Counted from the stretch's first letter, positions 1-10,528 are shown. The stretch: DNA of 64,000 bases from Bacteroidales bacterium (GCA_017415715.1 JAFQFD010000038.1:102491-166490), one strand, 5' to 3'. Made by a program: numbers and translations. The notes: generated by a model from the sequence alone, not told the origin.

Positions 1-883
1 TGGACTTCTGCACAGACACGATGTTCTTCTGCTTGCCCTCCTCGTTCAAAGCTCCGATGGAGTCCTGGCCGTGCTGAAGCTGCGCGAGGTTCATGGACTT
101 CACCTGGTCGTTGAAGCGGCTCGAGTCTGACTTCTGGAACGCGTAGTTCTCGAGCGGAATGATGAGCTCCTGCTCTCTGAAGTCGATCTTCTGCAGTGTC
201 AGGGTCGTGTCGCGATACTTCTTGGTGTTGGTCTCCTCGTAGTTCGCTCCGTCATAGAGGGTGAAGGTGAGGTAGCTCTTGTCCTTGGACATCTTCATCA
301 GGGCTGAATCCGCAAGCGTGAGGCTGGTGTTGCCCTTGTTCTTGGTATGGTTGTATACCATCACGCCATACATCATGTCCGTCTCCTTGTCTCTTTCGTC
401 GACACGGAGGATGTATCCGTCGATACCGTTATAGAATGTGCCTGTCGGGATCTTGATCTCCTCCTTGGTCTTGCCTATGTCGTCCCTGAGCGTATATATC
501 TTATTGTATGCGACAGGGATGAGGTCATTGGATATGAAGAACGCACCGACGCTTATGACTCCGCATATGATACCCAGCGGGATGAGCACTCGCTGCAGCG
601 AGATGCCGGCGGCCTTGATGGCAAGAAGCTCGTTGTTCTCGCCGAGCGTTCCGAGGGTCATCATCGACGAAAGGAGGGTTGCCAGAGGAAGCGACAGAGG
701 CAGCAGGGTCGCGCTGCCCCATCCGAGGAATTCAAGTATGACCTTGAAACTCAATCCTTTACCTACCAATTCGTCGATGTAGAGCCATAGGAACTGCATC
801 ATGAGAATGAATACTACGACCAGCAGGATCGCGATGAACGGTCCCACAAAAGACTTGATTATGAACTGGTCGAGTTTCTTCAT
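1..883 (-). CDS. LptF/LptG (YjgP/YjgQ) family LPS export permease, partial (3' end runs off the window)
   Basis: Not in the ORF track. Manual translation from the ATG at 883 gives MKKLDQFIIKSFVGPFIAILLVVVFILMMQFLWLYIDELVGKGL...LPLATLLSSMMTLGTLGENNELLAIKAAGISL, the typical LptF/G N-terminus. Starts 4 nt after the alaS stop. Confidence 0.88.
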   Translation of the reverse strand, partial: MKKLDQFIIKSFVGPFIAILLVVVFILMMQFLWLYIDELVGKGLSFKVILEFLGWGSATLLPLSLPLATLLSSMMTLGTLGENNELLAIKAAGISLQRVLIPLGIICGVISVGAFFISNDLIPVAYNKIYTLRDDIGKTKEEIKIPTGTFYNGIDGYILRVDERDKETDMMYGVMVYNHTKNKGNTSLTLADSALMKMSKDKSYLTFTLYDGANYEETNTKKYRDTTLTLQKIDFREQELIIPLENYAFQKSDSSRFNDQVKSMNLAQLQHGQDSIGALNEEGKQKNIVSVQKS

Positions 884-886
884 TCT

Positions 887-3502
887 TTATCTGGTTGCTG
901 CTTCAATCATCTTGGCAAGGGCCTCCCTGAGTCCGTCAACGGACTTTCCTCCAGCTGTCGCAAGACCAGGCTGTCCGCCGCCGCCGCCCATGATGAGCTT
1001 GGCAGCCTCGCGTACGTCGGCACCTGCGTTGTGACCTGCCTTCACGAGGTCCTCAGTGTACATGAGCAGGAGCTGTGGCTTTCCGCCGGCCTCGAATGCC
1101 GCTGCGATCACGAAGTTCTGCGCCTCTTTCTGAAGCATGAACGCCGCATTCTTGAGCATTGCAGGGTCGATAGAGTAGTCGATTGTCACGACATTCACGC
1201 CGTTGATCTCCTTTGCGAGTTCCTTGAGACTGTTCTTGAGGGTGACTGTCTTCTCCTTGATCACCTCTTCCATCTGCTTCTTGTATGCCTCGTTCTCCTC
1301 GACCATCTTCTTGATGGCAGCTGCAAGATCCGGAGCATTGTTGAAGAATGACTTTGCTATGCGGATTGATGTCTCCATGCCGTCAACGATGAATTCTGCA
1401 TGAACTCCGGTCGTAGCCTCGATGCGGCGTACACCTGCTGCAATCGCTGACTCTGAGGTTATCTTGAAGAATCCGATCTGTCCTGTCGCCGCTGCATGAG
1501 TACCACCGCAGAGCTCGCATGACGAACCGAATCTTACAACGCGCACCTTGTCGCCGTATTTCTCTCCGAAGAGTGCCATTGCACCCATCTCCTGAGCCTC
1601 TTCCATGGTTGCGGCGCGGTTCTCGTCGAGCGGATAGTTCGCCCTGATGAGGGCGTTCACTCTCTTCTCCACGAGGTCGATCTGCTCATCGGTGAGCTTC
1701 TCGTAGTGAGAGAAGTCGAAGCGGAAATACTGGTCGCATACATATGAACCCTTCTGCTCCACATGAGTTCCCAGGATCTCGCGGAGAGCCTGATGGAGAA
1801 GGTGAGTGGCTGTATGGTTGTTCTCGATCTGGATTCTTCTCTCAGTGTCCACGTGGAGGCTGAAGCTCTCTGTGCAGTCTGCTGGAATGCGCTCTGCAAC
1901 GTGGATGGTGAGGTTGTTCTCCTTTATTGTATTGATGATGTTGATCTTCTCGCCGCTCTCTGAAAGGATGTAGCCGGTGTCGCCGACCTGTCCTCCCATC
2001 TCTGCATAGAACGGAGTGCGCTCGAACACGAGCTGGAACATGGTCTTGTTCTTTGCCTTTACGGTGCGGTGGCGTGTGAGTTGTACGCCTTCGAGGTCAG
2101 TGCAGTCATAGCCGAGGAACTCGATGTTGTCGCAGTGTGCGAACTCCACCCAGTCGCCTGACTCGATAGCAGTGGCGTTGCGCGCCCTGTCCTTCTGCTT
2201 CTGGAGCTCTGTCTGGAAGCCCTCGAGATCGATTGTGTATCCCTTCTCAGAAGCGATGAGCTCTGAAAGGTCGATAGGGAATCCGAATGTGTCATAGAGG
2301 ACGAATGCATCTTCTCCGCTGATTACCTTTGTCTCTGCAGACTTTGCCATGATGTTGTCCATCAGGCGGATACCTCTGTCAAGGGTGCGGAGGAAAGCCA
2401 TCTCCTCTTCCTTGATCACGCGCTCGATGAGGGTCTGCTGCTTCACGATCTCAGGATAGAACTCGCCCATGTCGTCAACAAGCTGCTGCACCAGACGGCA
2501 GAGGAAAGGCTCGTTGAAGCCGAGGAATGTGTAACCGTAGCGCACCGCGCGGCGGAGGATTCGGCGGATCACATAGCCTGCCTTTACGTTTGAAGGAAGC
2601 TGGCCGTCAGCGATTGAGAAACTGATTGCGCGGATGTGGTCGGCGATCACACGCATTGCGATGTCTTCCTGCTCGTTCACGCCGTATTTGTGTCCCGAAA
2701 GTTCCTCGATCTTGCCGATCATTCCTGTAAACACGTCGGTGTCATAGTTCGATTTCTTGCCCTGGAGAGCCATGCAAAGGCGCTCAAAGCCCATTCCGGT
2801 ATCCACATTCTTGTTCGGGAGAAGCTCGAGTTCGCCGCTTGCCTTGCGGTTATACTGCATGAACACGTTGTTCCATATCTCGATTACGAGAGGGTGATCC
2901 TTGTTCACGAGCGACGCTCCCGGAACGGCTGCGCGTTCTTCGTCGTCGCGGAGGTCGATGTGTATCTCAGAGCATGGTCCGCAAGGGCCTGTGTCTCCCA
3001 TTTCCCAGAAATTGTCCTTCTTGTTTCCAAGGAGGATCCTGTCCTCAGGAAGATGTCTCTTCCATGCCTCCATGGCCTCGGTGTCGAGCTGTGTCCCGTC
3101 TGCCTCGGAACCCTCGAACACTGTCGCATAGAGTCTGTCCTTGTCGAGTTTGTATACCTCTGTGAGGAGCTCCCATGCCCAGTCGATCGCCTCGTTCTTG
3201 AAATAGTCGCCGAAGCTCCAGTTTCCGAGCATCTCGAACATTGTATGGTGATATGTGTCGCGTCCGACCTCTTCAAGGTCGTTGTGCTTTCCGCTTACGC
3301 GGAGACATTTCTGACTGTCTGCAACCCTCTTCCATTTTGCGGGGCTGTTGCCGAGGAACCAATCCTTGAACTGGTTCATTCCGGCGTTGGTGAACATAAG
3401 TGTCGGATCGTTCTTCACTACCATCGGTGCCGAAGGCACGATCTGATGGCCCTTAGATGCGAAGAAGTCCAGAAAGGCTTTTCTGATCTCTTTTGAAGTC
3501 AT
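887..3502 (-). CDS. alaS: Alanine--tRNA ligase
   Basis: Motifs [51 protein letters not shown], editing-domain HTATHLL and ELCGGTH, C-terminal GGGGG. Start set at MTSKEIRK (3502) rather than 3553. Confidence 0.98.
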   Translation of the reverse strand: MTSKEIRKAFLDFFASKGHQIVPSAPMVVKNDPTLMFTNAGMNQFKDWFLGNSPAKWKRVADSQKCLRVSGKHNDLEEVGRDTYHHTMFEMLGNWSFGDYFKNEAIDWAWELLTEVYKLDKDRLYATVFEGSEADGTQLDTEAMEAWKRHLPEDRILLGNKKDNFWEMGDTGPCGPCSEIHIDLRDDEERAAVPGASLVNKDHPLVIEIWNNVFMQYNRKASGELELLPNKNVDTGMGFERLCMALQGKKSNYDTDVFTGMIGKIEELSGHKYGVNEQEDIAMRVIADHIRAISFSIADGQLPSNVKAGYVIRRILRRAVRYGYTFLGFNEPFLCRLVQQLVDDMGEFYPEIVKQQTLIERVIKEEEMAFLRTLDRGIRLMDNIMAKSAETKVISGEDAFVLYDTFGFPIDLSELIASEKGYTIDLEGFQTELQKQKDRARNATAIESGDWVEFAHCDNIEFLGYDCTDLEGVQLTRHRTVKAKNKTMFQLVFERTPFYAEMGGQVGDTGYILSESGEKINIINTIKENNLTIHVAERIPADCTESFSLHVDTERRIQIENNHTATHLLHQALREILGTHVEQKGSYVCDQYFRFDFSHYEKLTDEQIDLVEKRVNALIRANYPLDENRAATMEEAQEMGAMALFGEKYGDKVRVVRFGSSCELCGGTHAAATGQIGFFKITSESAIAAGVRRIEATTGVHAEFIVDGMETSIRIAKSFFNNAPDLAAAIKKMVEENEAYKKQMEEVIKEKTVTLKNSLKELAKEINGVNVVTIDYSIDPAMLKNAAFMLQKEAQNFVIAAAFEAGGKPQLLLMYTEDLVKAGHNAGADVREAAKLIMGGGGGQPGLATAGGKSVDGLREALAKMIEAATR

Positions 3503-3562
3503 ATCTGTTGTTTTTATCTTATTATCAGTCCATGAGTGCTGCGGCAGCAGCACACCAACCTA

Positions 3563-3570
3563 CAAAAGTA
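3563..3570 (-). promoter_or_regulatory. Bacteroidetes sigma-A -7 element (TACTTTTG) for alaS
   Basis: caaaagta on the + strand matches TAnnTTTG on the - strand, about 60 nt upstream of the alaS start. Confidence 0.55.
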
Positions 3571-3664
3571 CAACAAATTTCCGGAATAGCTTGCAACGAA
3601 CCCCTAAATCTTGACCTTAAAATGTGTTTTGTATATTTTTTATAGAAGTATGTGATATTTTGAT

Positions 3665-3672
3665 TATCTTTG
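3665..3672 (+). promoter_or_regulatory. Bacteroidetes -7 element (TATCTTTG) for the M23 peptidase operon
   Basis: TAnnTTTG match in the AT-rich divergent intergenic region just upstream of the ATG at 3685. Confidence 0.55.
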
Positions 3673-3684
3673 CATGTTATGTCA

Positions 3685-4692
3685 ATGGGTAAAAGATACG
3701 TATTTAACAGCAAGACCTTGTCATACGAGGTGAAGAAGCGCTCGAAAAGATCGCGTTTCTTCAGGTCGCTTATGCTTTTTGCGGTAAGCCTTGGTATGGC
3801 GATGTTCTATTTCTGGCTGTATGCTTATGTGCTTGACCTCGAACCGCCGAAGACCGCGCTGCTCAAGAAGAAGAATGCAGAGTGGTGCTCGAGAGTGGAG
3901 ATGCTGAACAGGAAGCTCGACGAGTCGAGTGAGGCTCTGACCTCTCTTCAGATGAGGGATGATGACATCTACAGGTCAATATTCGGTATGAACGATATAC
4001 CTTCCGAGGTCCGCAATGCGGGTTTCGGAGGTGTGAACAGATATGCCCACTATGATGACGTGGATCCGAACGGACTGCTTAAGAAGACGGCTGTCAGGAT
4101 CGACGTGCTTACCAAGAAGACCTTTGTGCAGAGCAAGTCTTTCGATGAGGTGGCCCAGCTTTCGAGGCGCGCCGGCGAAATGGCCTCATGCATTCCTGCA
4201 ATCCCGCCGATGAATCCGGATCCTAAGAAATACAGGTTCACCAGTCAGTTCGGCTACAGAAGGGATCCGTTCACAGGAAGGTCGAAGAGGCATACCGGAG
4301 TGGATTTTGCGATGAAGCCGGGCAATCCGATCTATTCGACCGGAGACGGAGTCGTGGAGTCGGTCAAGTTCGAGCTTTTCGGATATGGAAACCAGGTCGT
4401 GATCGACCACGGTTTCGGATATAAGACCAGATATGCCCATCTCAAGTCGGTCGGTGTGGCCGAGGGTATGAAGGTCAAGAGGGGAGAGTGCATAGGACTC
4501 AGCGGAAATTCGGGCCGTTCGTCCGGTCCGCACCTGCACTACGAAGTGCTGTACAGGGGTTCGCATGTGAATCCTGCGAATTATTTCGACCTGTCCATAA
4601 CTCCAGAGGAGTATGCGACCATGGTTCAGGGCATTGCGGATGCGTCTGAAAGGATCACCCTGCATCCGTCGCACCAGAAGAAGAGGAGATAG
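3685..4692 (+). CDS. M23 family metallopeptidase (peptidoglycan endopeptidase) with N-terminal membrane anchor
   Basis: HTGVDF and PHLHYEV zinc motifs, YGNQVVIDHGFGYKTRYAHL, N-terminal TM segment and coiled coil. Start uncertain (3679 or 3685). Confidence 0.92.
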   Translation: MGKRYVFNSKTLSYEVKKRSKRSRFFRSLMLFAVSLGMAMFYFWLYAYVLDLEPPKTALLKKKNAEWCSRVEMLNRKLDESSEALTSLQMRDDDIYRSIFGMNDIPSEVRNAGFGGVNRYAHYDDVDPNGLLKKTAVRIDVLTKKTFVQSKSFDEVAQLSRRAGEMASCIPAIPPMNPDPKKYRFTSQFGYRRDPFTGRSKRHTGVDFAMKPGNPIYSTGDGVVESVKFELFGYGNQVVIDHGFGYKTRYAHLKSVGVAEGMKVKRGECIGLSGNSGRSSGPHLHYEVLYRGSHVNPANYFDLSITPEEYATMVQGIADASERITLHPSHQKKRR

Positions 4693-4695
4693 CAG

Positions 4696-5649
4696 ATGGG
4701 AGGAGAATACACATACGACAAGGATAAGGTCAGGTTCCGCAAGGTGAAGACATCGGTGTGGAAGTGGCTGCGTCGTGGCTCTTTGTTCATTGTGGCTACA
4801 ATGTCCATGGCAGTGCTTTACTATGTCGTCTTCGCCCTTTTCTTCAGCACCGAGACCGAGCGTCGTCTCAAGCAGGAGAATGACATGTATGAGAGCGAGA
4901 TGCCGGAGCTCGAGCGAAAGGAGAGACTGGTGTCAGACGTGATAGAGAATCTCCAGCAGCGCGACAACCGCATCTACGAGGAGATATTCCACACTTCGGC
5001 ACCCGACATGGATCCGCTTGCTTCACTGGACCTGCAGCTTGCGGGCATTGACTCCATTCCGGACGGCAATATCGTGAAGTATGCGGAGCGCAAGCTTGAA
5101 CGTATGGAAGGCAGTGCTGCACGCATAGAGGATAACTTCAGGAGGATAATGGAGGCGGTGCAGGGTGAGGATTTCGTCATGCCTCCGATGACCAATCCGC
5201 TCAAGGACTATACGTTTGCGCAGACAGGAGCATCGGTCGGTGACAAGATTAATCCTTTCTATAAGGTAAGCATGCGTCATGACGGCATAGACATGATCGC
5301 CCCGTCCGGCGAGCCGGTGCATGCGGCGGCTGACGGCACGGTAAAGGATGTGATCCGCTCGAGAAAGGGACTGGGCAATGTGGTCGTGATCGACCATGGC
5401 AACGGATATGTGACAAGATATGCGCATCTGGCCGATATCGAGGTGTCGAAAGGAAGGTCGGTCAAGCGCGGCGGCCGCATAGGATATGTCGGAGTTTCGG
5501 GCAACTCCTTTGCACCGCACCTGCACTATGAAGTGCTGAAGGACACTCTTGTCCTTGACCCTGTGAACCATTTCTTCGCGTCAGTGACGCCGGAAGAATA
5601 CATGAATATGATGATACTGTCCGTATCCACCGGACAGTCAATGGATTGA
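4696..5649 (+). CDS. M23 family metallopeptidase (tandem paralog)
   Basis: HDGIDM and PHLHYEV motifs, GNVVVIDHGNGYVTRYAHL. Same architecture as the upstream gene. Confidence 0.92.
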   Translation: MGGEYTYDKDKVRFRKVKTSVWKWLRRGSLFIVATMSMAVLYYVVFALFFSTETERRLKQENDMYESEMPELERKERLVSDVIENLQQRDNRIYEEIFHTSAPDMDPLASLDLQLAGIDSIPDGNIVKYAERKLERMEGSAARIEDNFRRIMEAVQGEDFVMPPMTNPLKDYTFAQTGASVGDKINPFYKVSMRHDGIDMIAPSGEPVHAAADGTVKDVIRSRKGLGNVVVIDHGNGYVTRYAHLADIEVSKGRSVKRGGRIGYVGVSGNSFAPHLHYEVLKDTLVLDPVNHFFASVTPEEYMNMMILSVSTGQSMD

Positions 5650-5654
5650 CACAA

Positions 5655-5721
5655 GTGTCATCCCGAGGAACGAAGTGACATCCCAGGTGTCATCCTGAGG
5701 AACGAAGTGACGTGAGGATCT
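5655..5721 (+). repeat. REP-like palindromic repeat (GTCAT...ATCT family): one truncated plus one full copy in tandem
   Basis: gtgtcatcccgaggaacgaagtgac (5655-5679), then gtgtcatcctgaggaacgaagtgacgtgaggatct (5687-5721; stem ATCCT/AGGAT). Confidence 0.8.
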
Positions 5722-5732
5722 AAAATATAGTT

Positions 5733-6050
5733 ATGGAAAAGTATTTTTACACAGTAGGTGAAGTCGCTGAGATCATCGGCGAAAGCGCATCCCTGGTCCG
5801 CTTCTGGGCAAATGAATTCCCAAGGTTCATCAAGCCGCAGAGAAACGCCAAGGGCAACCGCCTTTTCACCAAGGAGGATGTCGAGACATTCAAGCACATC
5901 CATCTTCTTGTAAAGGTCGAGGGCCTTACCCTGGAAGGCGCGGCCAAGAGGCTCAAGGGCGAGAAGAAGGATGTCATAAACAAGGCCAAGGTGCTGGAAA
6001 CGCTCAAAGGCATCCGCCAGCAGCTCACAGAAATCCGTCAGGACCTTTAG
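5733..6050 (+). CDS. MerR family transcriptional regulator
   Basis: YTVGEVAEIIGESASLVRFWANEF...RNAKGNRLFT, a MerR HTH. Usual Bacteroidetes position after the M23 gene(s). Confidence 0.92.
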   Translation: MEKYFYTVGEVAEIIGESASLVRFWANEFPRFIKPQRNAKGNRLFTKEDVETFKHIHLLVKVEGLTLEGAAKRLKGEKKDVINKAKVLETLKGIRQQLTEIRQDL

Positions 6051-6053
6051 CCC

Positions 6054-6080
6054 TGTCATCCCGAGCTTGTCGAGGGATCT
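6054..6080 (+). repeat. REP-like palindromic repeat (GTCAT...ATCT family)
   Basis: tgtcatcccgagcttgtcgagggatct, stem ATCCC/GGGAT. Near-identical to the copy at 10502. Confidence 0.85.
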
Positions 6081-6092
6081 AAACACAAAAAC

Positions 6093-6869
6093 ATGAAAGT
6101 AAAAGAAATAATATCCGTAATAGAGTCCTTCGCTCCGCTCTCCATCCAGGAGTCCTGGGACAATAGCGGCCTGTGTGTAGGCTCTCCTGAGGACGAGGTC
6201 ACCTCGGTCCTCATGGGCCTGGACTGCACCCCGCAGCTTGTAGATGAAGCAATCGCATGCGGAGCCGATATGATCATAACCCACCATCCTCTCATATTCT
6301 CGGGATTGAAGAAGATCACTCCCGACAATCAGGTCGGTGCGGCGGTGATCAAGGCGATAAAGGCAGGGATTGCCATATATGCTGCTCATACGAGTGCAGA
6401 CAAGGTGATCGCCGGCGTCAGCGGTGCAATGGCCGCCAGACTGGGCCTGAAGGATGTGCAGATCCTTGATGAAGACGGCGAAGGCACAGGACTTGGCGTG
6501 GTGGGAAACCTCCCGGAACCGCTTTCTGCGGCAGAAATGACCGCCTTGGTCAAGGAAAGGTTCGGACTCAAGGTCCTCAAGTCGTCAAGACCGCTTGACG
6601 GAACGATAAGCAGGGTGGCGATGTGCGGAGGATCCGGCGGCTCCCTCATAGGAGCGGCCAGGAAATCCGGAGCGCAGCTATACATCAGTGGAGACATCTC
6701 ATATCATAATTTCTTCACTGAAGAAGGCTTCATGATCATGGACATCGGACATTATGAGAGTGAAATAGAGATAGTTGACATTTTATTTTCTTTGATAAAG
6801 AAAAATTTTCCTACCTTTGCGGTTCGCATTACTCAGAATTTAAATAGTAACCCGATATATTATTTTTAA
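6093..6869 (+). CDS. Nif3-like dinuclear metal center hexameric protein (DUF34/YbgI)
   Basis: QESWDNSGL, IITHHPLIF, YAAHT, GSGGS, DIGHYESE motifs. Confidence 0.95.
   Translation: MKVKEIISVIESFAPLSIQESWDNSGLCVGSPEDEVTSVLMGLDCTPQLVDEAIACGADMIITHHPLIFSGLKKITPDNQVGAAVIKAIKAGIAIYAAHTSADKVIAGVSGAMAARLGLKDVQILDEDGEGTGLGVVGNLPEPLSAAEMTALVKERFGLKVLKSSRPLDGTISRVAMCGGSGGSLIGAARKSGAQLYISGDISYHNFFTEEGFMIMDIGHYESEIEIVDILFSLIKKNFPTFAVRITQNLNSNPIYYF
6791..6819 (+). promoter_or_regulatory. Probable internal sigma-A promoter (TTTG-N17-TACCTTTG) in the 3' end of nif3, serving the zinc-ribbon/dnaB genes
   Basis: TTTG at 6791-6794 and TAnnTTTG at 6812-6819, in an abruptly AT-rich stretch of the coding sequence. 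Confidence 0.5.
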
Positions 6870-6874
6870 GCGAT

Positions 6875-7684
6875 ATGGCTAAAAAGACAAAGAAAATCGA
6901 AACGCCTATTGACCAGAGAGAGACCTTCGTGTCGATCCAGAAGAACTTTGCTGACTCGGATCTCACTGTAGCAGAGAAGCTTAAGACGCTTTACGCTCTC
7001 CAGCAGGCAGACACAGAAATCGACAAGATCCTCCAGCTCAGAGGTGAACTTCCTATCGAGGTGGAGAACCTTGAGAACGAGATCGCCGAGCTTAAGGCAA
7101 AGGCAGCACGCGTTTCAGAGCAGATTGAGGAGTACAACAAGATGATAGCTGAGAACAAGCTGAACATCGCTGAGTGCGACGCTCAGATCGAGAAGTACAA
7201 GTCTCAGCTCGACAACATCTCCAACAGCCGTGAGTATGACTCACTCAACAAGGAGATCGAGAACCAGGGTCTCCTCAGACAGATTGCCGAGAAGCACATC
7301 GGTGAGGCAAAGGAGCGTATCTTCGAGAAGAAGAACGACCTTGAGGTCATCAAGGAGAAGATTGCAGTGAGGACAGACGACCTTGCGGCAAAGAAGGAAG
7401 AGCTTGCGACAATCGTAGAGTCGACAGCGAAGGAGGAGGAACTCCTCAGAGCAAAGAGAGAAGAGTGCGCGGCAAAGATCGACGCAAGGACAATGAGCGC
7501 ATACGAGCGCATCCGTCAGAGCTGCAAGAACCACCTCGCAGTGGTTTCAGTGTTCAACGGTGACTCTTGCGGCGGCTGCTTCAATACAATCGCTCCTCAG
7601 AGACTCATAGACATCGCTTCCAACAGGAAGATGATCATCTGCGAGCACTGCGGCAGAATCCTTGTAAATCCGGACTTCGAATAG
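6875..7684 (+). CDS. Coiled-coil protein with C-terminal C4 zinc ribbon (DUF164/CT398-like)
   Basis: Long heptad coiled coil, then CGGC...CEHCGRIL. Conserved neighbour of nif3 in Bacteroidetes. Confidence 0.9.
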   Translation: MAKKTKKIETPIDQRETFVSIQKNFADSDLTVAEKLKTLYALQQADTEIDKILQLRGELPIEVENLENEIAELKAKAARVSEQIEEYNKMIAENKLNIAECDAQIEKYKSQLDNISNSREYDSLNKEIENQGLLRQIAEKHIGEAKERIFEKKNDLEVIKEKIAVRTDDLAAKKEELATIVESTAKEEELLRAKREECAAKIDARTMSAYERIRQSCKNHLAVVSVFNGDSCGGCFNTIAPQRLIDIASNRKMIICEHCGRILVNPDFE

Positions 7685-7690
7685 TCTGCT

Positions 7691-9205
7691 ATGGCAAAAA
7701 AGAAGGAAACAGGAGTAAATCTTGATACTTTAGGGCTTGAGTTGGGCAATAAACCACCTCAAGCCCTTGACGTCGAAGAGGCTGTCCTCGGCGCGCTTCT
7801 CATCGAGCCGAACAGCGTCGACGACGCAATGGGCGAGCTGACACCGAGCTGCTTCTATTCAGAGAAGCACAGGATGATATTCGAGGCTATGCAGACCCTC
7901 GTAAAAGAGCATGCGGCGCTGGATCTTCTGTCGGTTTCACAGAAGCTTCGCGACAACGGAAAGCTCGACGAGATCGGCGGCACCGTGTTCCTTGTGCATC
8001 TTTCGCAGAAGGTCGGTGCGGCTGCGCATATCGAATACTACATCAGGATCCTCAAGCAGAAGTGCATCCAGCGCGAGCTGATCACAGCTTCATACAAGAT
8101 CCTGAAGTCGTCTTATGACGAGTCCATAAATGTGGACTATCTGATCGACCTCGCTCAGACAAACATCTTCTCGGCAATCCAGAACAATGTGAAGAAGGAT
8201 GTGCAGGAGATCGGAAATGTCATCAACGATGCTCTTGAAGACCTTCAGAAGCTCCAGGGACAGACAGGCCTGAGCGGTGTTCCGTCAGGATTCGCTTCGC
8301 TTGACAAGGTCACCCAGGGCTGGCAGCCTTCGGATCTCATAATCCTGGCGGCCCGTCCGTCTATGGGTAAGACGGCATTCGTGCTGAACCTTGCAAGAAA
8401 TGCGGCCGTAGACTTCAACAAACCTGTGGCTATATTCTCCCTTGAGATGCCGGCCATCCAGCTTGCAAAGCGTATGATGGTTTCGGAGACGAAGCTCAAT
8501 GCCGACAAGTTCAAGGGTGGAGAGAAGATTGCGGACTGGGAGTGGAAGCAGCTGGATATCCAGCTCAAGAGGCTGGTGAAGGCACCTATATATATAGATG
8601 ACACTCCGTCTCTTCCGATCATGGAGTTCCGCTCAAAGGTAAAGAGGCTTGTGAACCAGAAGGGCGTCAAGCTCATCGTTGTCGACTACCTCCAGCTGAT
8701 GCAGGGACCTGCGGAGCTTCGCGGCATGCGTGAGCAGGAAGTCGCGGCGATATCGCGTATGCTCAAGGCTACGGCAAAGGAAATGAACGTGCCTATCATT
8801 GCGCTGTCACAGCTCTCCCGTCAGGCGGAGAACAGGCAGGGAAGCAACCGCCGTCCGCAGCTCAGCGACCTGCGAGAGTCGGGATCAATCGAGCAGGATG
8901 CCGATATGGTAATCTTTATTCACAGATTTGACTATCAGGGACTTTCGGAGGATTCGAGTGATATCGGAAGGACGCAGATCATCATAGCGAAGCACAGAAA
9001 CGGTGCGATTGGAGACATCGAGATGAGATTCCGTGCAGATGAAGTCCGTTTCGTTGACCTTACTGACACGGTATATGCCCAGGCCGACGGCGCTGGCGTG
9101 GAATCTGCAATGAACAGTGATCCCGCCCCGATGCCTCATGACGCGCAGCCATACGATGCCTATCCGCCTGACGGAGGATTCGGTGGCGAAGGCAACTTTG
9201 TATAG
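7691..9205 (+). CDS. dnaB: Replicative DNA helicase
   Basis: PPQALDVEEAVLGAL, Walker A AARPSMGKT, IVVDYLQLM, SQLSR, LSDLRESGSIEQDAD, IAKHRNG. Confidence 0.98.
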   Translation: MAKKKETGVNLDTLGLELGNKPPQALDVEEAVLGALLIEPNSVDDAMGELTPSCFYSEKHRMIFEAMQTLVKEHAALDLLSVSQKLRDNGKLDEIGGTVFLVHLSQKVGAAAHIEYYIRILKQKCIQRELITASYKILKSSYDESINVDYLIDLAQTNIFSAIQNNVKKDVQEIGNVINDALEDLQKLQGQTGLSGVPSGFASLDKVTQGWQPSDLIILAARPSMGKTAFVLNLARNAAVDFNKPVAIFSLEMPAIQLAKRMMVSETKLNADKFKGGEKIADWEWKQLDIQLKRLVKAPIYIDDTPSLPIMEFRSKVKRLVNQKGVKLIVVDYLQLMQGPAELRGMREQEVAAISRMLKATAKEMNVPIIALSQLSRQAENRQGSNRRPQLSDLRESGSIEQDADMVIFIHRFDYQGLSEDSSDIGRTQIIIAKHRNGAIGDIEMRFRADEVRFVDLTDTVYAQADGAGVESAMNSDPAPMPHDAQPYDAYPPDGGFGGEGNFV

Positions 9206-9211
9206 AATCGG

Positions 9212-10081
9212 ATGACCTGTATAAGAGTAATATCGTTTCTCCTGTGTGCAAGTCTGGCGTTGCAGCCTGCTCGCTCACAGGAGAAAAGTGTTTCTAGAGA
9301 GACATATTGCATTCCTGTAAGGACTGTCGAGGAGGATGAACTTGCCTTTCAGGCAGGAGAGAAGCTGACCTTCACAATGCATTACGAGTGGGGTGCCATA
9401 AATTCAGATGTCGGTACGGGAACGGTTGTTCTGGATACCGTAAGATATAACGGGATCAAGACTTTCCATTGTTCCGTATATGGCAAGACCACAAGACTTT
9501 ACGACCTGTTCTTCAAGGTGCGTGAGGACTTTGACTCCTGGTTTGCTTGTGACGGCCTGAGACCTCTGAAGTTCACCAGAGATACTCATGAGGGTCACTA
9601 TGTCGCGAAGAATACATATATATATGACTGGAACGCGGTGGAGCCGCATATTGACGCAGATGTGTATTCGTCAAGCAGCGGTCAGCGCAACCTCGAGCTT
9701 CCGCTTACATCATGTACATATGATCTTCCGTCCCTGTTTTTCCTTGCAAGGAACATGGACATTGACAACATCGTTCCCGGAAAGAAATATCCAATGACCT
9801 TCGCCATAGATGACGATGTATATAATGTATATTTCATCCTTTACGGTCGTGAAACCATCAAGGTGAAGGGTCTGGGGACTGTGAAGACCATAAAGTTTGC
9901 GGCAAGGCTCCTTGCCGGTGAAGTGTTTACAGGTGAGGAGGATATGATGATATGGGTGACGGATGACGACAACAGGATCCCGGTCTGCTTCGAGGCGCCG
10001 ATCCTCGTCGGTACAGCCTCCGGCCGTCTCAAATCCTACAGCGGCCTGAAGCATCCGTTCACATCGCTGATAAAAAAATGA
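9212..10081 (+). CDS. DUF3108 family exported protein
   Basis: Signal peptide. AFQAGEKLTFTMHY, FFKVRE and WVTDDDNRIPV resemble DUF3108. Confidence 0.75.
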   Translation: MTCIRVISFLLCASLALQPARSQEKSVSRETYCIPVRTVEEDELAFQAGEKLTFTMHYEWGAINSDVGTGTVVLDTVRYNGIKTFHCSVYGKTTRLYDLFFKVREDFDSWFACDGLRPLKFTRDTHEGHYVAKNTYIYDWNAVEPHIDADVYSSSSGQRNLELPLTSCTYDLPSLFFLARNMDIDNIVPGKKYPMTFAIDDDVYNVYFILYGRETIKVKGLGTVKTIKFAARLLAGEVFTGEEDMMIWVTDDDNRIPVCFEAPILVGTASGRLKSYSGLKHPFTSLIKK

Positions 10082-10497
10082 CTATGAAGAAAAACGAAAT
10101 AACCCACACGGGAAAGATCGTGGAGATCACCCCTGATTTCACCACTGTTCAGATAGTGGTTTCATCTGCATGCGCATCATGTCATGCCAAGAGCCTCTGC
10201 GGCATGTCAGAGGACGAGGAGAAAGTCATCATGCTCCCGACCGACCCATATGCGACATACAATGTCGGAGATGAGGTCCAGGTGTATACGAAAATGAGCA
10301 TGGGATTGAAGGCGGCATGGATATCTTATGTGATTCCATTGGCGATTTTAATGATTTTAATATTATCTTTGTCAGCTGTTATCGAAAGTGAAGCCCTTAG
10401 GGCTTTGGCTGCGATCGGCGGTGTCGGCGTGTACTACTTCTTCATCTGGCTGTTCAGAGAAAGACTGGCCAATGAATTCGTGTTCTACATAAAGTGA
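10078..10497 (+). CDS. rseC: SoxR-reducing system RseC family membrane protein
   Basis: SACASCHAKSLC cysteine motif plus two TM helices, immediately upstream of rnfB. Confidence 0.9.
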   Translation: MTMKKNEITHTGKIVEITPDFTTVQIVVSSACASCHAKSLCGMSEDEEKVIMLPTDPYATYNVGDEVQVYTKMSMGLKAAWISYVIPLAILMILILSLSAVIESEALRALAAIGGVGVYYFFIWLFRERLANEFVFYIK

Positions 10498-10501
10498 CCC
10501 A

Positions 10502-10528
10502 CGTCATCCCGAGCTTGTCAAGGGATCT
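10502..10528 (+). repeat. REP-like palindromic repeat (GTCAT...ATCT family)
   Basis: cgtcatcccgagcttgtcaagggatct, 25/27 identical to 6054-6080. Confidence 0.85.

Noticed and set aside
2636-3496. 286-aa ORF antisense to alaS, and similar long shadow ORFs (20234-21076, 38435-39334, 45026-45929, 36896-37540)
   Set aside because: They lie fully opposite well-supported genes and have no recognisable motifs. Codon bias of the real genes explains the open frames.
3685-5649. Tandem M23 peptidases as a novel system
   Set aside because: The alaS / M23 / MerR neighbourhood is ordinary in Bacteroidetes, and both copies keep normal zinc motifs.
5658-6389. 243-aa minus-strand ORF spanning merR-like and nif3
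   Set aside because: Antisense to two real genes and partly made of translated repeat sequence (FRSLDKLGMT, SFLRMT).
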